From IMG/VR virus record IMGVR_UViG_3300035130_000204: a stretch of DNA of 64,000 nt; one strand, written 5' to 3'. This stretch comes from an uncultured virus (IMG/VR IMGVR_UViG_3300035130_000204) (lineage: Duplodnaviria > Heunggongvirae > Uroviricota > Caudoviricetes). Within the stretch, counting starts at the first letter, position 1; each line of letters starts with the position of its first letter. Made by a program: the position numbers and the translations under genes. This document shows positions 36,197-45,491 of this stretch, in pieces. A model generated the notes under the pieces. That model was given only the letters and a program-made list of their open reading frames with translations, was not told the origin of the DNA and did no database searches.

Positions 36197-37621
36197 ATGG
36201 GGGCCACGCGGCGTAGCGAGAAGGTCGAGCAGGTTGAGGTCTCCAGCCTCAAAGCCCACCCGAAAAACCAGTCACTCTACCAGGATGAACCTGACGCCGC
36301 GTTCATAGAGGACGTCCGTCAGGCTGGTATCCGCGTACCCATTATCGCCGACCGCGAAAGCCGCGCGGTCATCTCGGGCCGGCGCCGCGTCAAGGCAGCC
36401 GAGGCCGTCGGCCTCGAGCGAGTGCCCGTCATCTTCCGCGACTACGAGTCGCGCGACGACATCGTCGAGTCGATCATCAAGGCGAACTGGTACCGGCACA
36501 AGACCCAAGCCCAGGTGCTGCGCGAGGTCGAGGCGCTCATGGTCATCGAGCGCCGCAAGGCCAAGGAGCGGCAGATAGACGGCCGCCGTCGCGGCACGGA
36601 GAGGTCGGCGGGCAAGTACGTCAAAGGCCCTGCAAAAAAGGGCGCAGGCATCGATAGACCCAAGGCTTCTGGGCAGCTTACCCCGCGTAAGGCCCCCGAG
36701 GCTGACACTGCCCGAGATCGCATCGGCAAGAAGATCGGCATGACGGGCCGCAACGTCCAGCGTGCGATCAAGGTCATCGAGGCCGCAAAGAAGAAGCACG
36801 GCAAGAAGTGGCAGTCGGATGAGCACGTGCAAGAAGTGCTGGCCGGCAAAAAGTCGATCGTTCAGGCATCGAAGGAAATTCTCAGGACAGAAAGAGAAGA
36901 GGGCATCAAGAAGAAGGCGGCAAAGATCAAGGACCCCGTCGGTGACATCCGGTGCAAGGACAACATCGACGACATCCTCGACGAGACGGTCGACCACGTC
37001 TGCGTCGACCCACCCTACGGTGTCGCCACCAACTTCAATGCACAATTCAATGACCGCGCGGCCATGGACTCGTCCTTCGAGGACTGGGACGAGGGCAAGC
37101 TCTCGCTGGCCGAGATTGGCCAGTGGTGCGCCGAGTGGGTGCGCGTGGTCAAGACGGGCGGCAACGTGATCGTCTTCTGCTCGGACGACTACGTTTCGTT
37201 CATCAAGGAGGCGCTGCGCCGCTGCGGTTGCGAGCGCATCCAGACCATCACCTGGCACAAGTCCAATCCCGAGCCGTCGCTGCGCCAGGTCGAGTTCTCC
37301 AGCTCCTGCGAGTACGTCGTCATCGCTTGCAAGGGCGACAAGCGAAGCGTCTTCAACTGGAAGGGCCAGAAGGAGATGCACAACTTCGTCGAGGGTCCGA
37401 TCTGTTCTGGAAAGGAGAGGGCGGGCCATCCGACGCAGAAGCCGCTGTGGCTGATCAAGTGGCTGCTCGAGCGCCTTACGAACAAGGGGGACCTGGTGCT
37501 CGACAACTTCGCTGGTGTGGGCACGACGGCCGTCGCGTGCAAGCGCTTGGGCCGTCAGTTCATCGCGGTGGAGAAAAACAAGAAGTACGTCAACGCCATC
37601 AAGGTCCGGCTGGCGTCGTGA
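36197..37621 (+). CDS. ParB-domain plus N4/N6 DNA methyltransferase (beta class) fusion
   Basis: VISGRRRVKAA ParB box; DPPY, HPTQKP, VLDNFAGVGTT. Confidence 0.92.
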   Translation: MGATRRSEKVEQVEVSSLKAHPKNQSLYQDEPDAAFIEDVRQAGIRVPIIADRESRAVISGRRRVKAAEAVGLERVPVIFRDYESRDDIVESIIKANWYRHKTQAQVLREVEALMVIERRKAKERQIDGRRRGTERSAGKYVKGPAKKGAGIDRPKASGQLTPRKAPEADTARDRIGKKIGMTGRNVQRAIKVIEAAKKKHGKKWQSDEHVQEVLAGKKSIVQASKEILRTEREEGIKKKAAKIKDPVGDIRCKDNIDDILDETVDHVCVDPPYGVATNFNAQFNDRAAMDSSFEDWDEGKLSLAEIGQWCAEWVRVVKTGGNVIVFCSDDYVSFIKEALRRCGCERIQTITWHKSNPEPSLRQVEFSSSCEYVVIACKGDKRSVFNWKGQKEMHNFVEGPICSGKERAGHPTQKPLWLIKWLLERLTNKGDLVLDNFAGVGTTAVACKRLGRQFIAVEKNKKYVNAIKVRLAS

Positions 37622-38802
37622 CGCCATTCAGCGCAGAGTGGAAGCTCGATACCTTCCGTCGCTTTTTCACTACACGCAGCGACGTCTGGGCTTTTCGAAC
37701 CAAAATCCAGGGCAAGCCTGGGTACGTCCCGATCTGGAAGCCTCTGACTGATCGCGTGCTCGTCGATCACATGCGTGGCGACATCATGATCGGCAGCTAC
37801 ACGCCGTTACGTGATGGGACAACGCCTTGGGTAGCCGCAGACCTTGACGGCAAAGGTGGCGACGTGTGGGCCGACGCGGCAGAGCTGGCGTCGTTGCTGC
37901 GCGACTACAAGTGCAGCCCTCTTTGCAACACCTCGCAGTCGGGCAGGGGTATTCATGTCCGCGTCATATTCGATGAGCCCATAGAGGCGTGGCTAGCCAG
38001 GCGCTTCATGCTCGGCTTCGTCGAGGAGGCTGGGTTGGATCACATGCGCGACGGCGGAAGCTTCGACCGAGTTTTTCCTGCTGCTGACCGACTGCGCAAC
38101 AACGACCGCGCTATCGGAAACCAGATCGCCGCGCCGCTTCACGCGCAGCGGGCCCGCGATACGCGCGGCTGCCTCATCCTCGACAGTCAGTTCTGTCCTG
38201 TGCCGCTTGGTGAGCCAACGTGGGACTACCTCGATCTGTACGAGTCGGTCTGCAAGGACCACGTGCTTGAGGTCTGCGAGGAGATGGAAACGATGGATGG
38301 CGTCGTTGACCATGGCTTCGACGGCGATATTCGTCACGGGGACGACGATGGCTACGATAAGCACAGCGGCAAGCCGCAAAACGGAGGCGGTACGACACGG
38401 CCTCGCACGCAGCATCAGCTCGACGTCGTTATGCGCGAGTGCGAGCTGTTTCATTACGTGCGACAGAACCCGGTGCTGCCCTACGAGCTTTGGTTCGCCA
38501 TCGGTGCGAACCTGAAATTCTTCGAGCAGGGCGGTCGAGCGGCCTTCCATGAAATCAGCGCACTGGACGGATCACGCGATTCGCGTGGGGCGCCTCGATA
38601 TGACCGCGATGCTACGAACGCGAAGTTCGACAACATTCTGGAGACGGTCGAGTCACCCTACAGCTGCGCACGTATCGCTGAGGAAGTGTGGCGCTGCCCT
38701 GAGCTGGCAGAGGACGGCACCTGCAATCGGTTTCGGAATCAACGGACAGGTAAGGCCCCGAGGTCTTTGGCTAGCATCCCGTACTTCGTGAAGGTGGCCT
38801 AA
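37618..38802 (+). CDS. Archaeo-eukaryotic primase (TOTE-type AEP domain) with PriCT-like and Cys-rich C-terminus
   Basis: AADLD, SQSGRGIHV, DRVFP, GNQIAAPL; YELWFAIG; GTG start overlaps the MTase stop. Confidence 0.85.
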   Translation: MTPFSAEWKLDTFRRFFTTRSDVWAFRTKIQGKPGYVPIWKPLTDRVLVDHMRGDIMIGSYTPLRDGTTPWVAADLDGKGGDVWADAAELASLLRDYKCSPLCNTSQSGRGIHVRVIFDEPIEAWLARRFMLGFVEEAGLDHMRDGGSFDRVFPAADRLRNNDRAIGNQIAAPLHAQRARDTRGCLILDSQFCPVPLGEPTWDYLDLYESVCKDHVLEVCEEMETMDGVVDHGFDGDIRHGDDDGYDKHSGKPQNGGGTTRPRTQHQLDVVMRECELFHYVRQNPVLPYELWFAIGANLKFFEQGGRAAFHEISALDGSRDSRGAPRYDRDATNAKFDNILETVESPYSCARIAEEVWRCPELAEDGTCNRFRNQRTGKAPRSLASIPYFVKVA

Positions 38803-38804
38803 AG

Positions 38805-41800
38805 ATGGCATTGGACGAGCCCAAGCCCAGCAACGTTCATGACCACGATCACCATGATGAAGACGAGCACGCATACTACGTGCCGGGCTTGCCCGAGGGG
38901 GAGCCCGTCGTCTACGCCAACCACGCGGAGGCCTACGCAGCGCTAGAGAAATCGCTGATGCCTTACAGGACGAATGACCCGATCGCTGGCACGTGTGTGC
39001 TGGCGAAGGCCACTCCGGGCGTTGGCAAGACGAAGGTCGCCCTGCATATGGCGGCCATGAAGTGCGTCGACAACAAGCGGGGCATGTGGGCCGCTCCGAC
39101 GCGCAACATCGCGTGGCAGGCCCACGACAGGCTGAAGAGCGACGAGTACGGAACCAAGGTTCTCATGCTCGAGGGGCGGCACAACGGCTATGTAGCGGTG
39201 CGCACAGACAAGTACGGCGTCGAGACCGAGCAAGAGGTTCTGCCCAACTGCGTGCGCTACGATCGTATCGCCCTAGCGCGTAAGCGTGGCTATCCAGCTC
39301 GGACCTACGTGTGCAACGGCTGCCCGCACTGTCCCACGTTTCGCAACAGCAAGGGTGAGAAGCCGCTGAGCGATCAGTGGTGCCGCTACTTCAAGGTGCT
39401 CTACGAGGCCAACAATCTACCGAACGGCGAGAAGCAGTCGACTTTCTCGGGCTACATCAGCTCCGAGGAAGCCCAGAGCATCAAGAACAGCAAGATGGAA
39501 AAGATCATCGTCACCACGCATCACATGGCGGCGGCGATGATCGCTGACGGCGAGATGCTCAGCCCTGATTGGGTCATCTTCGACGAGGACCCCATCAGCG
39601 CTCTGCGCGAGACGTATGTTTGGAACGAAGACGAGCTGGACCGCGACATCGACGGCGACAACTTCATCGTCTTCAGGGCGCTCCTGAAACGCACCATCTA
39701 CCTTGCCAAGAAGCACCTGGCTGAGCCTCTCGATACGCCGGACGACAAGAAGGTCCGTGTTCAGCTTCGATACAGCGTGCACCAAGCGACCGAGTACGGT
39801 CACACGACGCTGTGGGGCAAGGACATGGCGAGGTTCATGGTCATCGCGGCTCGGCAGCTCAATGTCGACCTGAAGACCGTCCTCGAGACGACGGCGAACA
39901 CCATGCCTCCCGTCAACCCTGGACAGCTTTCCTACATGCCGAACGACGAGGTCGAAAGGCTTCCGCACTACAAAGAGGTCGACCTGGCTGGAGAGCTGCT
40001 GCGAGTCCTTGAGGCAGCAGAGGATCAGAAGGAGACGGCCTACAAGGTCAGCTTGCGCAACGAACCCGGCAAGGGGTGGGCCTTCGTCTGGGACCACGTC
40101 AGACGCATTAGCTACGAAGGCCCCCTGTTCTTCCTCGACGCCTACGGTTCGCCAGAGATCGTCAAGCGCTACACGAACCGCGAGGTGACGCTCATCGACG
40201 TCAAGTGCCAGGTGCGAGACAACGTCACGGTGCGGCTATACCCAGAGGTGTCGACGAATCGGTCCGATATGGACGAGGCAGGGGAGCGCGAGTGCATCTT
40301 CGACGACTGGCTGCTTCCAGAGCTGCGCAAGCACAACGGAAAGCGAGTGCTCATCTACACGCAGAAGCGTTACGTGAGCTGGCTCGAGCAGAAGATCGCT
40401 GACGAGGAGGACACCCTAGACTTCGCCTCGATCAACTTCAAATGGTTCTGGCAGGACCGCGGCGACGACTCCTTCGGCGACTTCGACACCGTTATCGTTT
40501 TCGGGACACCGATCCCCAACGTCATCGCCGAGCGGCAGTTCGCCAACGCGCTGTACGCTGGTGAGGAGCCCCTCAGCTGGAAGACAAACGGAAAGAACGA
40601 GTACCTGGACGTCCGTGCTGCAGAGCACACCAAGGCTAGACAGCAAAACGAGCTTCTCCAATGCGTCTACCGGGTTCGCCCGGCGCTACCAAACTCGAAA
40701 CCACAGGCGATTGTGATATTTTCCAGGATGAAGCTGCCCGTGGAGTTTGAGTTGAAGGGCGCTAAGCAAGAGAAGATGCACGATAGGCACGACGAGAAAT
40801 CGCGGTATGCCATCGGCATCTGGCATATGTACCGCGATCTTGGCTGTTACGCCGACGCCTTCGCGCCGTTCATCGGGGTAGATAAGCACTTCGTCGAGTG
40901 GGCGCGCGGAGAGCGCGACGACTTCCCGATGGACTACGAGACCATGTGCCGTCGGCACAATCGTGTCCTCAGGACTAGGTCCTACCGTAACGGTCGAACC
41001 TTCGCCATGAAGTACTTCTGCAACCCCAGGCCCAACGAACCGGTGCCGGTTCGTCAGACGCTCTACCGAGGAAAGGTCCTCAACTTCTTCGGAAACGAGG
41101 AGACGGTCCACAAGATTCTCGATCGGATGTTCGAGGCCACGCGCGAGCCTGGTGTGGACAACGAGTCGGTAGAGGATCAAGGGCGCGCAGGCCCTGAGCC
41201 TGGAAGCTGGCAGCAGTACCTGCCGCTCGCGGCCTGGCGCAAGGGGTTGGTCATCGAGAACGTCATCCGTTCGCTCCAAGGGGAGCTGTTCTTCAGCGGC
41301 AAGTGGCGTCCCGATGAGTGGCTTCCGACGGAGGTGCAGTATCTGATCGACGACCTACACATGGAGCATCCGTGCCTGATCGGGGTGCACCGGATGCTGT
41401 CCATGAAGTGCTACTTCGAGGAGAAGGGCTTTACCAATGTCCCGGACCCTCTCGAAGACCAAGTGAAGTTCTGGGCCTTCATCCGTGGTCACATGGACAT
41501 CTACTACGAGATCATGGAGAAGACCAAGGGTATGACCGAGGCCAAGACCATCGATGAGTTCGTCGTCGAAGAGGACCCCGATCCTGGAGATGGCGGCGAC
41601 AAAAAGGCCCCGGTACCCAAAAACGTCTATGATATTGGCATCGGAACAGCGGAAGTGAGTGTAGGTGGTCAAGACGAGGTCAAGTCGACCTCGTCCGAGG
41701 GTGGTCAGGTTGGGTTGGTGATTCCGCTCATCGTTTCCTCGCCAAGCTCGGGCTCGGATGGCGTCTCAGAAGGAGGGGGCTCTGTCGGCGACGAAGAGGA

Positions 41801-41888
41801 CCCCTCTGCTGAGCCCTCAGGGGGCTCCTCAGGCCCCGACGGTGGTCCTGCCTCCGGACCAGGCCCCCCTGACGAAGACACGTCCTGA
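38805..41888 (+). CDS. Large SF2-like helicase/origin-binding protein with Cys cluster
   Basis: TPGVGKT Walker A, MWAAPTRN, IFDED Walker B, LLQCVYRVRP motif VI-like; C..CNGCPHC..C. Confidence 0.75.
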   Translation: MALDEPKPSNVHDHDHHDEDEHAYYVPGLPEGEPVVYANHAEAYAALEKSLMPYRTNDPIAGTCVLAKATPGVGKTKVALHMAAMKCVDNKRGMWAAPTRNIAWQAHDRLKSDEYGTKVLMLEGRHNGYVAVRTDKYGVETEQEVLPNCVRYDRIALARKRGYPARTYVCNGCPHCPTFRNSKGEKPLSDQWCRYFKVLYEANNLPNGEKQSTFSGYISSEEAQSIKNSKMEKIIVTTHHMAAAMIADGEMLSPDWVIFDEDPISALRETYVWNEDELDRDIDGDNFIVFRALLKRTIYLAKKHLAEPLDTPDDKKVRVQLRYSVHQATEYGHTTLWGKDMARFMVIAARQLNVDLKTVLETTANTMPPVNPGQLSYMPNDEVERLPHYKEVDLAGELLRVLEAAEDQKETAYKVSLRNEPGKGWAFVWDHVRRISYEGPLFFLDAYGSPEIVKRYTNREVTLIDVKCQVRDNVTVRLYPEVSTNRSDMDEAGERECIFDDWLLPELRKHNGKRVLIYTQKRYVSWLEQKIADEEDTLDFASINFKWFWQDRGDDSFGDFDTVIVFGTPIPNVIAERQFANALYAGEEPLSWKTNGKNEYLDVRAAEHTKARQQNELLQCVYRVRPALPNSKPQAIVIFSRMKLPVEFELKGAKQEKMHDRHDEKSRYAIGIWHMYRDLGCYADAFAPFIGVDKHFVEWARGERDDFPMDYETMCRRHNRVLRTRSYRNGRTFAMKYFCNPRPNEPVPVRQTLYRGKVLNFFGNEETVHKILDRMFEATREPGVDNESVEDQGRAGPEPGSWQQYLPLAAWRKGLVIENVIRSLQGELFFSGKWRPDEWLPTEVQYLIDDLHMEHPCLIGVHRMLSMKCYFEEKGFTNVPDPLEDQVKFWAFIRGHMDIYYEIMEKTKGMTEAKTIDEFVVEEDPDPGDGGDKKAPVPKNVYDIGIGTAEVSVGGQDEVKSTSSEGGQVGLVIPLIVSSPSSGSDGVSEGGGSVGDEEDPSAEPSGGSSGPDGGPASGPGPPDEDTS

Positions 41889-42583
41889 GCCGGCTCAGGC
41901 GCAGCGCTGAGGCATTCGGGGCAGAGCCCTCGAGGCTCCTCCCCGAAGCCCGTGTCGCCGGTATAGCAGGTCCAGCACAGCGGCTTGTGGCAGCCCTTGC
42001 AGTAGGTATCGGCAGAGCTGCCACAGCCAGTGCTGCAATCGCCCTCTGGCGGTGGCTCGACAGCCTTGACGCGCATGGCGCCTCCGCCCTTGAGCGGCGC
42101 CAGAGAGCCCACTGGGTTGGTTGGGTACGGCAGAAGAGCGTCCTGAGGATTGTTTAGCGCCTCGATGGCTGCCTCGGCAGCCAGCTTGTCGCCTAGAGCA
42201 TCCTCGAGCACCTTGATGCGGCCGACGAGTTGGCTTTTCTCTCGGTTGAGCGTCGCGATGCGTGCGTCCAGCTTCGCGATGTGCTCTTCCATCCTCAGGA
42301 CGTCGGCATCCGAGACCGGCGAGATGCCGGCGTGGTGACATGCCTGTCTGGCAATGGATTCCAGGGCGCCTCTGAGGTGTCGCGCTTTTTGCTCGAGCTT
42401 GGACAGGCGTCGCAGTGATGCACCGTGATCGATCACTTCGCCGATGCCTTCGTTTTCAAGCCTCCACTCGAGGGCCTCGCGGCACAGACGCGAGACGTTG
42501 ACGCCGGGCTTGTCGACGAGGGCTTCAACAAGCTCGGCTGGAAGGTAGACGGAAACTCGTTTTCCCTTCTTCTTGGTGCTCAC
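41705..42583 (-). CDS. Ribbon-helix-helix regulator with coiled coil and zinc finger
   Basis: KRVSVYLPAELVEAL...NVSRLCREAL; CKGCHKPLCWTC...CPEC. Confidence 0.7.
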   Translation of the reverse strand: MSTKKKGKRVSVYLPAELVEALVDKPGVNVSRLCREALEWRLENEGIGEVIDHGASLRRLSKLEQKARHLRGALESIARQACHHAGISPVSDADVLRMEEHIAKLDARIATLNREKSQLVGRIKVLEDALGDKLAAEAAIEALNNPQDALLPYPTNPVGSLAPLKGGGAMRVKAVEPPPEGDCSTGCGSSADTYCKGCHKPLCWTCYTGDTGFGEEPRGLCPECLSAAPEPAQDVSSSGGPGPEAGPPSGPEEPPEGSAEGSSSSPTEPPPSETPSEPELGEETMSGITNPT

Positions 42584-44007
42584 CTAGATGCCGCCTTCCG
42601 ATTGAGCTGTGCTGTCATGACAGTGACCTGCCAGGTCTTGAGCTTTGCCGTTGACTCGACATTCCAAAGCTGCTTGATCCAGCCACGAAGCTCCATGTCG
42701 GTATAGCCAGCGGTGTGGCCAGCGTCGATGAAGGCCTTTCGAATCTCCTTCGGAGCTGGTGTGTCATCGGCGTAAGCAGGAGCGGAAGTTTCGACGACGG
42801 GGAACTTGCCAGAGGCGTCCATCTCAGGTGGTGGCTGCCGATCCTGTCGATGCTGGTCCGCCGGAGCCGACGGTTTGGCTTTGCTGTCATCGGGCGGTGG
42901 AGCGTCGTCATCGGTCGGAGGTGGAGGTGCGTCGTCGGCCGGTGGGTAATGATCGGGCACCCACTTGTCGCCGTCGAACGTGCATGGGACGCCGTCGACC
43001 TCGGACTTGTCGCCACGCTTGGGTGCTGGAGGCTTTGTCTGCTGTTTGGGTTGCGGCTCCGACTCTTGCTTCGGAGGTGCGACCTCCTCGCCCTGGCCGT
43101 CGATGACGCTGCCGTCCTCTTCGAGCGCGTCAGTCGCGAGGTACTCTTCGGCGATGTCTCGTTGCTCCTCCGGGTCCTCGAAGCCAGGGGCAGGAAGAAC
43201 GGCGATCTCCTTGGCAGCGATGCGCTGGCGCATCGTTGCGCGGAGCTGCGCCTGCTTGGCCACGTCGTTGAGGAAATCTATGGGCGCAGCGGAGTAGGTC
43301 AGGTCCACGACGTAGACAGTCTGGTAGCCCTGGCTTGCCTCGGGCTTGACCCGCTTGGGCTTTATGGAAAGCTCGAGCGGTACGTAGGCCAGAGCGCCGC
43401 CTGTCAGCTCCTGGATGTGAGCCATCGAGGCAAGCAGCTGTCGAATGGAGTTGGAGCTGGTGGTGCGGTATATGTGAACTCCGCCCATGATCTTGGCCTC
43501 GGCGATCATCACGCGAAGCAGTCCGTGGGTCTTGCAGACTTGACCGCGTTGGATGTCGGGTACCAGGTATTCATGGTTGGGACGATCTTCGACGCGCGAG
43601 CCGTCGAGCCCGATGCGGAGCATGCGGCACGGGCACTGGACCTTCTTGGTCTCACCTGTCTTGGGGTCGATGTACTCGGCTGACTCGCCGTCGCCACGGC
43701 AGCGCACGCCGTTGCCGTCGTAGACGGCAAGGGTGGTCAGCAGGTTCTCGTCGATGTCGTCGAAGGGAAGGAAGACGACAATTCGCCGGAGCTTGTTGTC
43801 GGACTGCTTGTCGTACCTGACGAGCTTGGCCATCAGCTCGTCGTCGATGACGAAGTTCATGTCATCGCGCTCGCTCTTGGTGATGATGAAGTGGTCGTAC
43901 TTTTCAGGGATGCGTCGCTCCTGGTTGCGAACCGTGACCAGCTTGCGGCCACCGCTCTTGATGTGGCCGAGAATCGAAAAACGTGGCTTGAGTCCCTTGA
44001 TAGGCAT
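42580..44007 (-). CDS. Gp3-like (recombination directionality factor-like) phage recombination protein
   Basis: MPIKGLKPR...GHIKSG...PEKYDHFIIT...GGVHIYRTTSSNSIRQL. Confidence 0.7.
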   Translation of the reverse strand: MPIKGLKPRFSILGHIKSGGRKLVTVRNQERRIPEKYDHFIITKSERDDMNFVIDDELMAKLVRYDKQSDNKLRRIVVFLPFDDIDENLLTTLAVYDGNGVRCRGDGESAEYIDPKTGETKKVQCPCRMLRIGLDGSRVEDRPNHEYLVPDIQRGQVCKTHGLLRVMIAEAKIMGGVHIYRTTSSNSIRQLLASMAHIQELTGGALAYVPLELSIKPKRVKPEASQGYQTVYVVDLTYSAAPIDFLNDVAKQAQLRATMRQRIAAKEIAVLPAPGFEDPEEQRDIAEEYLATDALEEDGSVIDGQGEEVAPPKQESEPQPKQQTKPPAPKRGDKSEVDGVPCTFDGDKWVPDHYPPADDAPPPPTDDDAPPPDDSKAKPSAPADQHRQDRQPPPEMDASGKFPVVETSAPAYADDTPAPKEIRKAFIDAGHTAGYTDMELRGWIKQLWNVESTAKLKTWQVTVMTAQLNRKAASR

Positions 44008-44040
44008 GATTTTATTCTCCTTGATACTTCGCTGTAGTCC

Positions 44041-44358
44041 TCAGGACTTTTTCGATGTTGTCTTGTCAGCCTGCAACCAGCATTTTTCTGCCAGCTCTGG
44101 CGTCAGGTGAAGGACGGTTCCGAAGTGAACACCATCAAGGCATACCGCGGCACCGTCGTAGCCGACGTCGCGGGGCCACCTGTGTGGAGTGAAGCGAGCC
44201 ACAACGATGCGCCAATCGCCTTGACTGGAGACACCAGCGAAACCAGATGCTTTGGGATCGCGGTTGGCGTTTAGGTCTTGGCGCGTCCACTCGAAGTCGT
44301 CATTGTCGACGATCTCTGTTACGGAGCGCAGGACCTCCTCCATTAGTTGTTTGCTCAT
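44041..44358 (-). CDS. Hypothetical protein
   Basis: ATGA coupling with the upstream gene. Confidence 0.6.
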   Translation of the reverse strand: MSKQLMEEVLRSVTEIVDNDDFEWTRQDLNANRDPKASGFAGVSSQGDWRIVVARFTPHRWPRDVGYDGAAVCLDGVHFGTVLHLTPELAEKCWLQADKTTSKKS

Positions 44359-44834
44359 GCCCTTGCTCGCTTGCGTGCTGAGCGCGCGGCCTTGCGCTTG
44401 GCCTTGCGCTTGTTCTTGGGGAGCCTTGCCTTGGTGGAGGCCGGGTTCGACTTGACCTTCATGTCGGGATGGCTCTTGAAGACCTCCGCCTTGTGGCCAG
44501 CCTCGAAGAGCGAGAGCACGAGCGATTTGGTCATGTCGTACCATGCCTTGTCGTGCCAGAGCGTGGCGGCGTAGAAGACCTTGACGCTCGCAAGCTGTTC
44601 GGGGTCCTTGCAGCCTTCGACGCCCTGGTCGGCCAGCTGAAGCCGCTTACCGAGGAAGTCAGCCATCTGCTCGAGGACCTTTGTTGACTGCTGGCAAAGC
44701 GGGCAGCCGTCGTAGGCGCCTTGCTGACTGCGGATTTGCTCCTCGAGCGATGCACCTTCGTCTACCAGCTCGTTGTAGATCGCCTCGAAGTCTGGGGCCT
44801 TGACGCCTTCGGTCGCGGTGTTGTTTTCGGTCAC
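44355..44834 (-). CDS. Hypothetical protein with basic C-terminus
   Basis: CPLC; KR-rich tail. Confidence 0.65.
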   Translation of the reverse strand: MTENNTATEGVKAPDFEAIYNELVDEGASLEEQIRSQQGAYDGCPLCQQSTKVLEQMADFLGKRLQLADQGVEGCKDPEQLASVKVFYAATLWHDKAWYDMTKSLVLSLFEAGHKAEVFKSHPDMKVKSNPASTKARLPKNKRKAKRKAARSARKRARA

Positions 44835-44903
44835 GATCTCTCTGTCCTTTCTTGACCCATCGTGTGGTCACGTATGATACTCGAGCCACCTGTCGAGGTG
44901 GTT

Positions 44904-45491
44904 ATGTCAGATGCAAGCGGATTCCTGAACCCAAGCGATCCAGTTGAGATCTTCCGCCACCCAGGTGGCGCTCTTCCGGATTGGACCCAGTTCAACAACA
45001 ACGTTGCTCTCATCGAGCCCGGTGCTGGCAACGTTTTGTACATCGAGCTGGCAGAGACGATCTATCTGGCTCCTGGAGCCCTGACGGAGTTCGGAATCTT
45101 TTTTCTGTGGGGGTCGAGTCCGAGGATCGAGGGCGAGACTCCTGTAAACGGTGTCTACCAAGACGCGCAGGCACCATTCGGTGGTCGACTGCCGGCGGTG
45201 TTGGGCAACCTGAAGAGGTCGACGCCAGGCCCGTTGGGTGCTGGTTCCATGGTCTACGACTGGGAGGAGCCCATCATTCGATTTCCGACGCCGTTCATCG
45301 GTGCGGGTGGCCTCTACGGTCAGAATTCGATACGGGGGTATGGCGTGCGGCTGGTTGCACCCCGCGACGCTTGCAGGGTCTACATCTACACGCAGCCCAA
45401 TCCCTACTCGGTGGTCGGAGCAGCTCTCTACATGAGGGCTGCGTTCGGGAGCAACTGCCAGGGTGCTTTGCAGCCGGAATTCGGCGTCTAG
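44904..45491 (+). CDS. Hypothetical beta-rich protein, isolated on the plus strand
   Basis: GAGGTG RBS before ATG 44904; TTGACC...TATGAT upstream. Confidence 0.6.
   Translation: MSDASGFLNPSDPVEIFRHPGGALPDWTQFNNNVALIEPGAGNVLYIELAETIYLAPGALTEFGIFFLWGSSPRIEGETPVNGVYQDAQAPFGGRLPAVLGNLKRSTPGPLGAGSMVYDWEEPIIRFPTPFIGAGGLYGQNSIRGYGVRLVAPRDACRVYIYTQPNPYSVVGAALYMRAAFGSNCQGALQPEFGV

Noticed and set aside
36197..38802. Complete restriction-modification or TOTE defence system
   Set aside because: No cognate endonuclease or other TOTE components; the context is a replication operon
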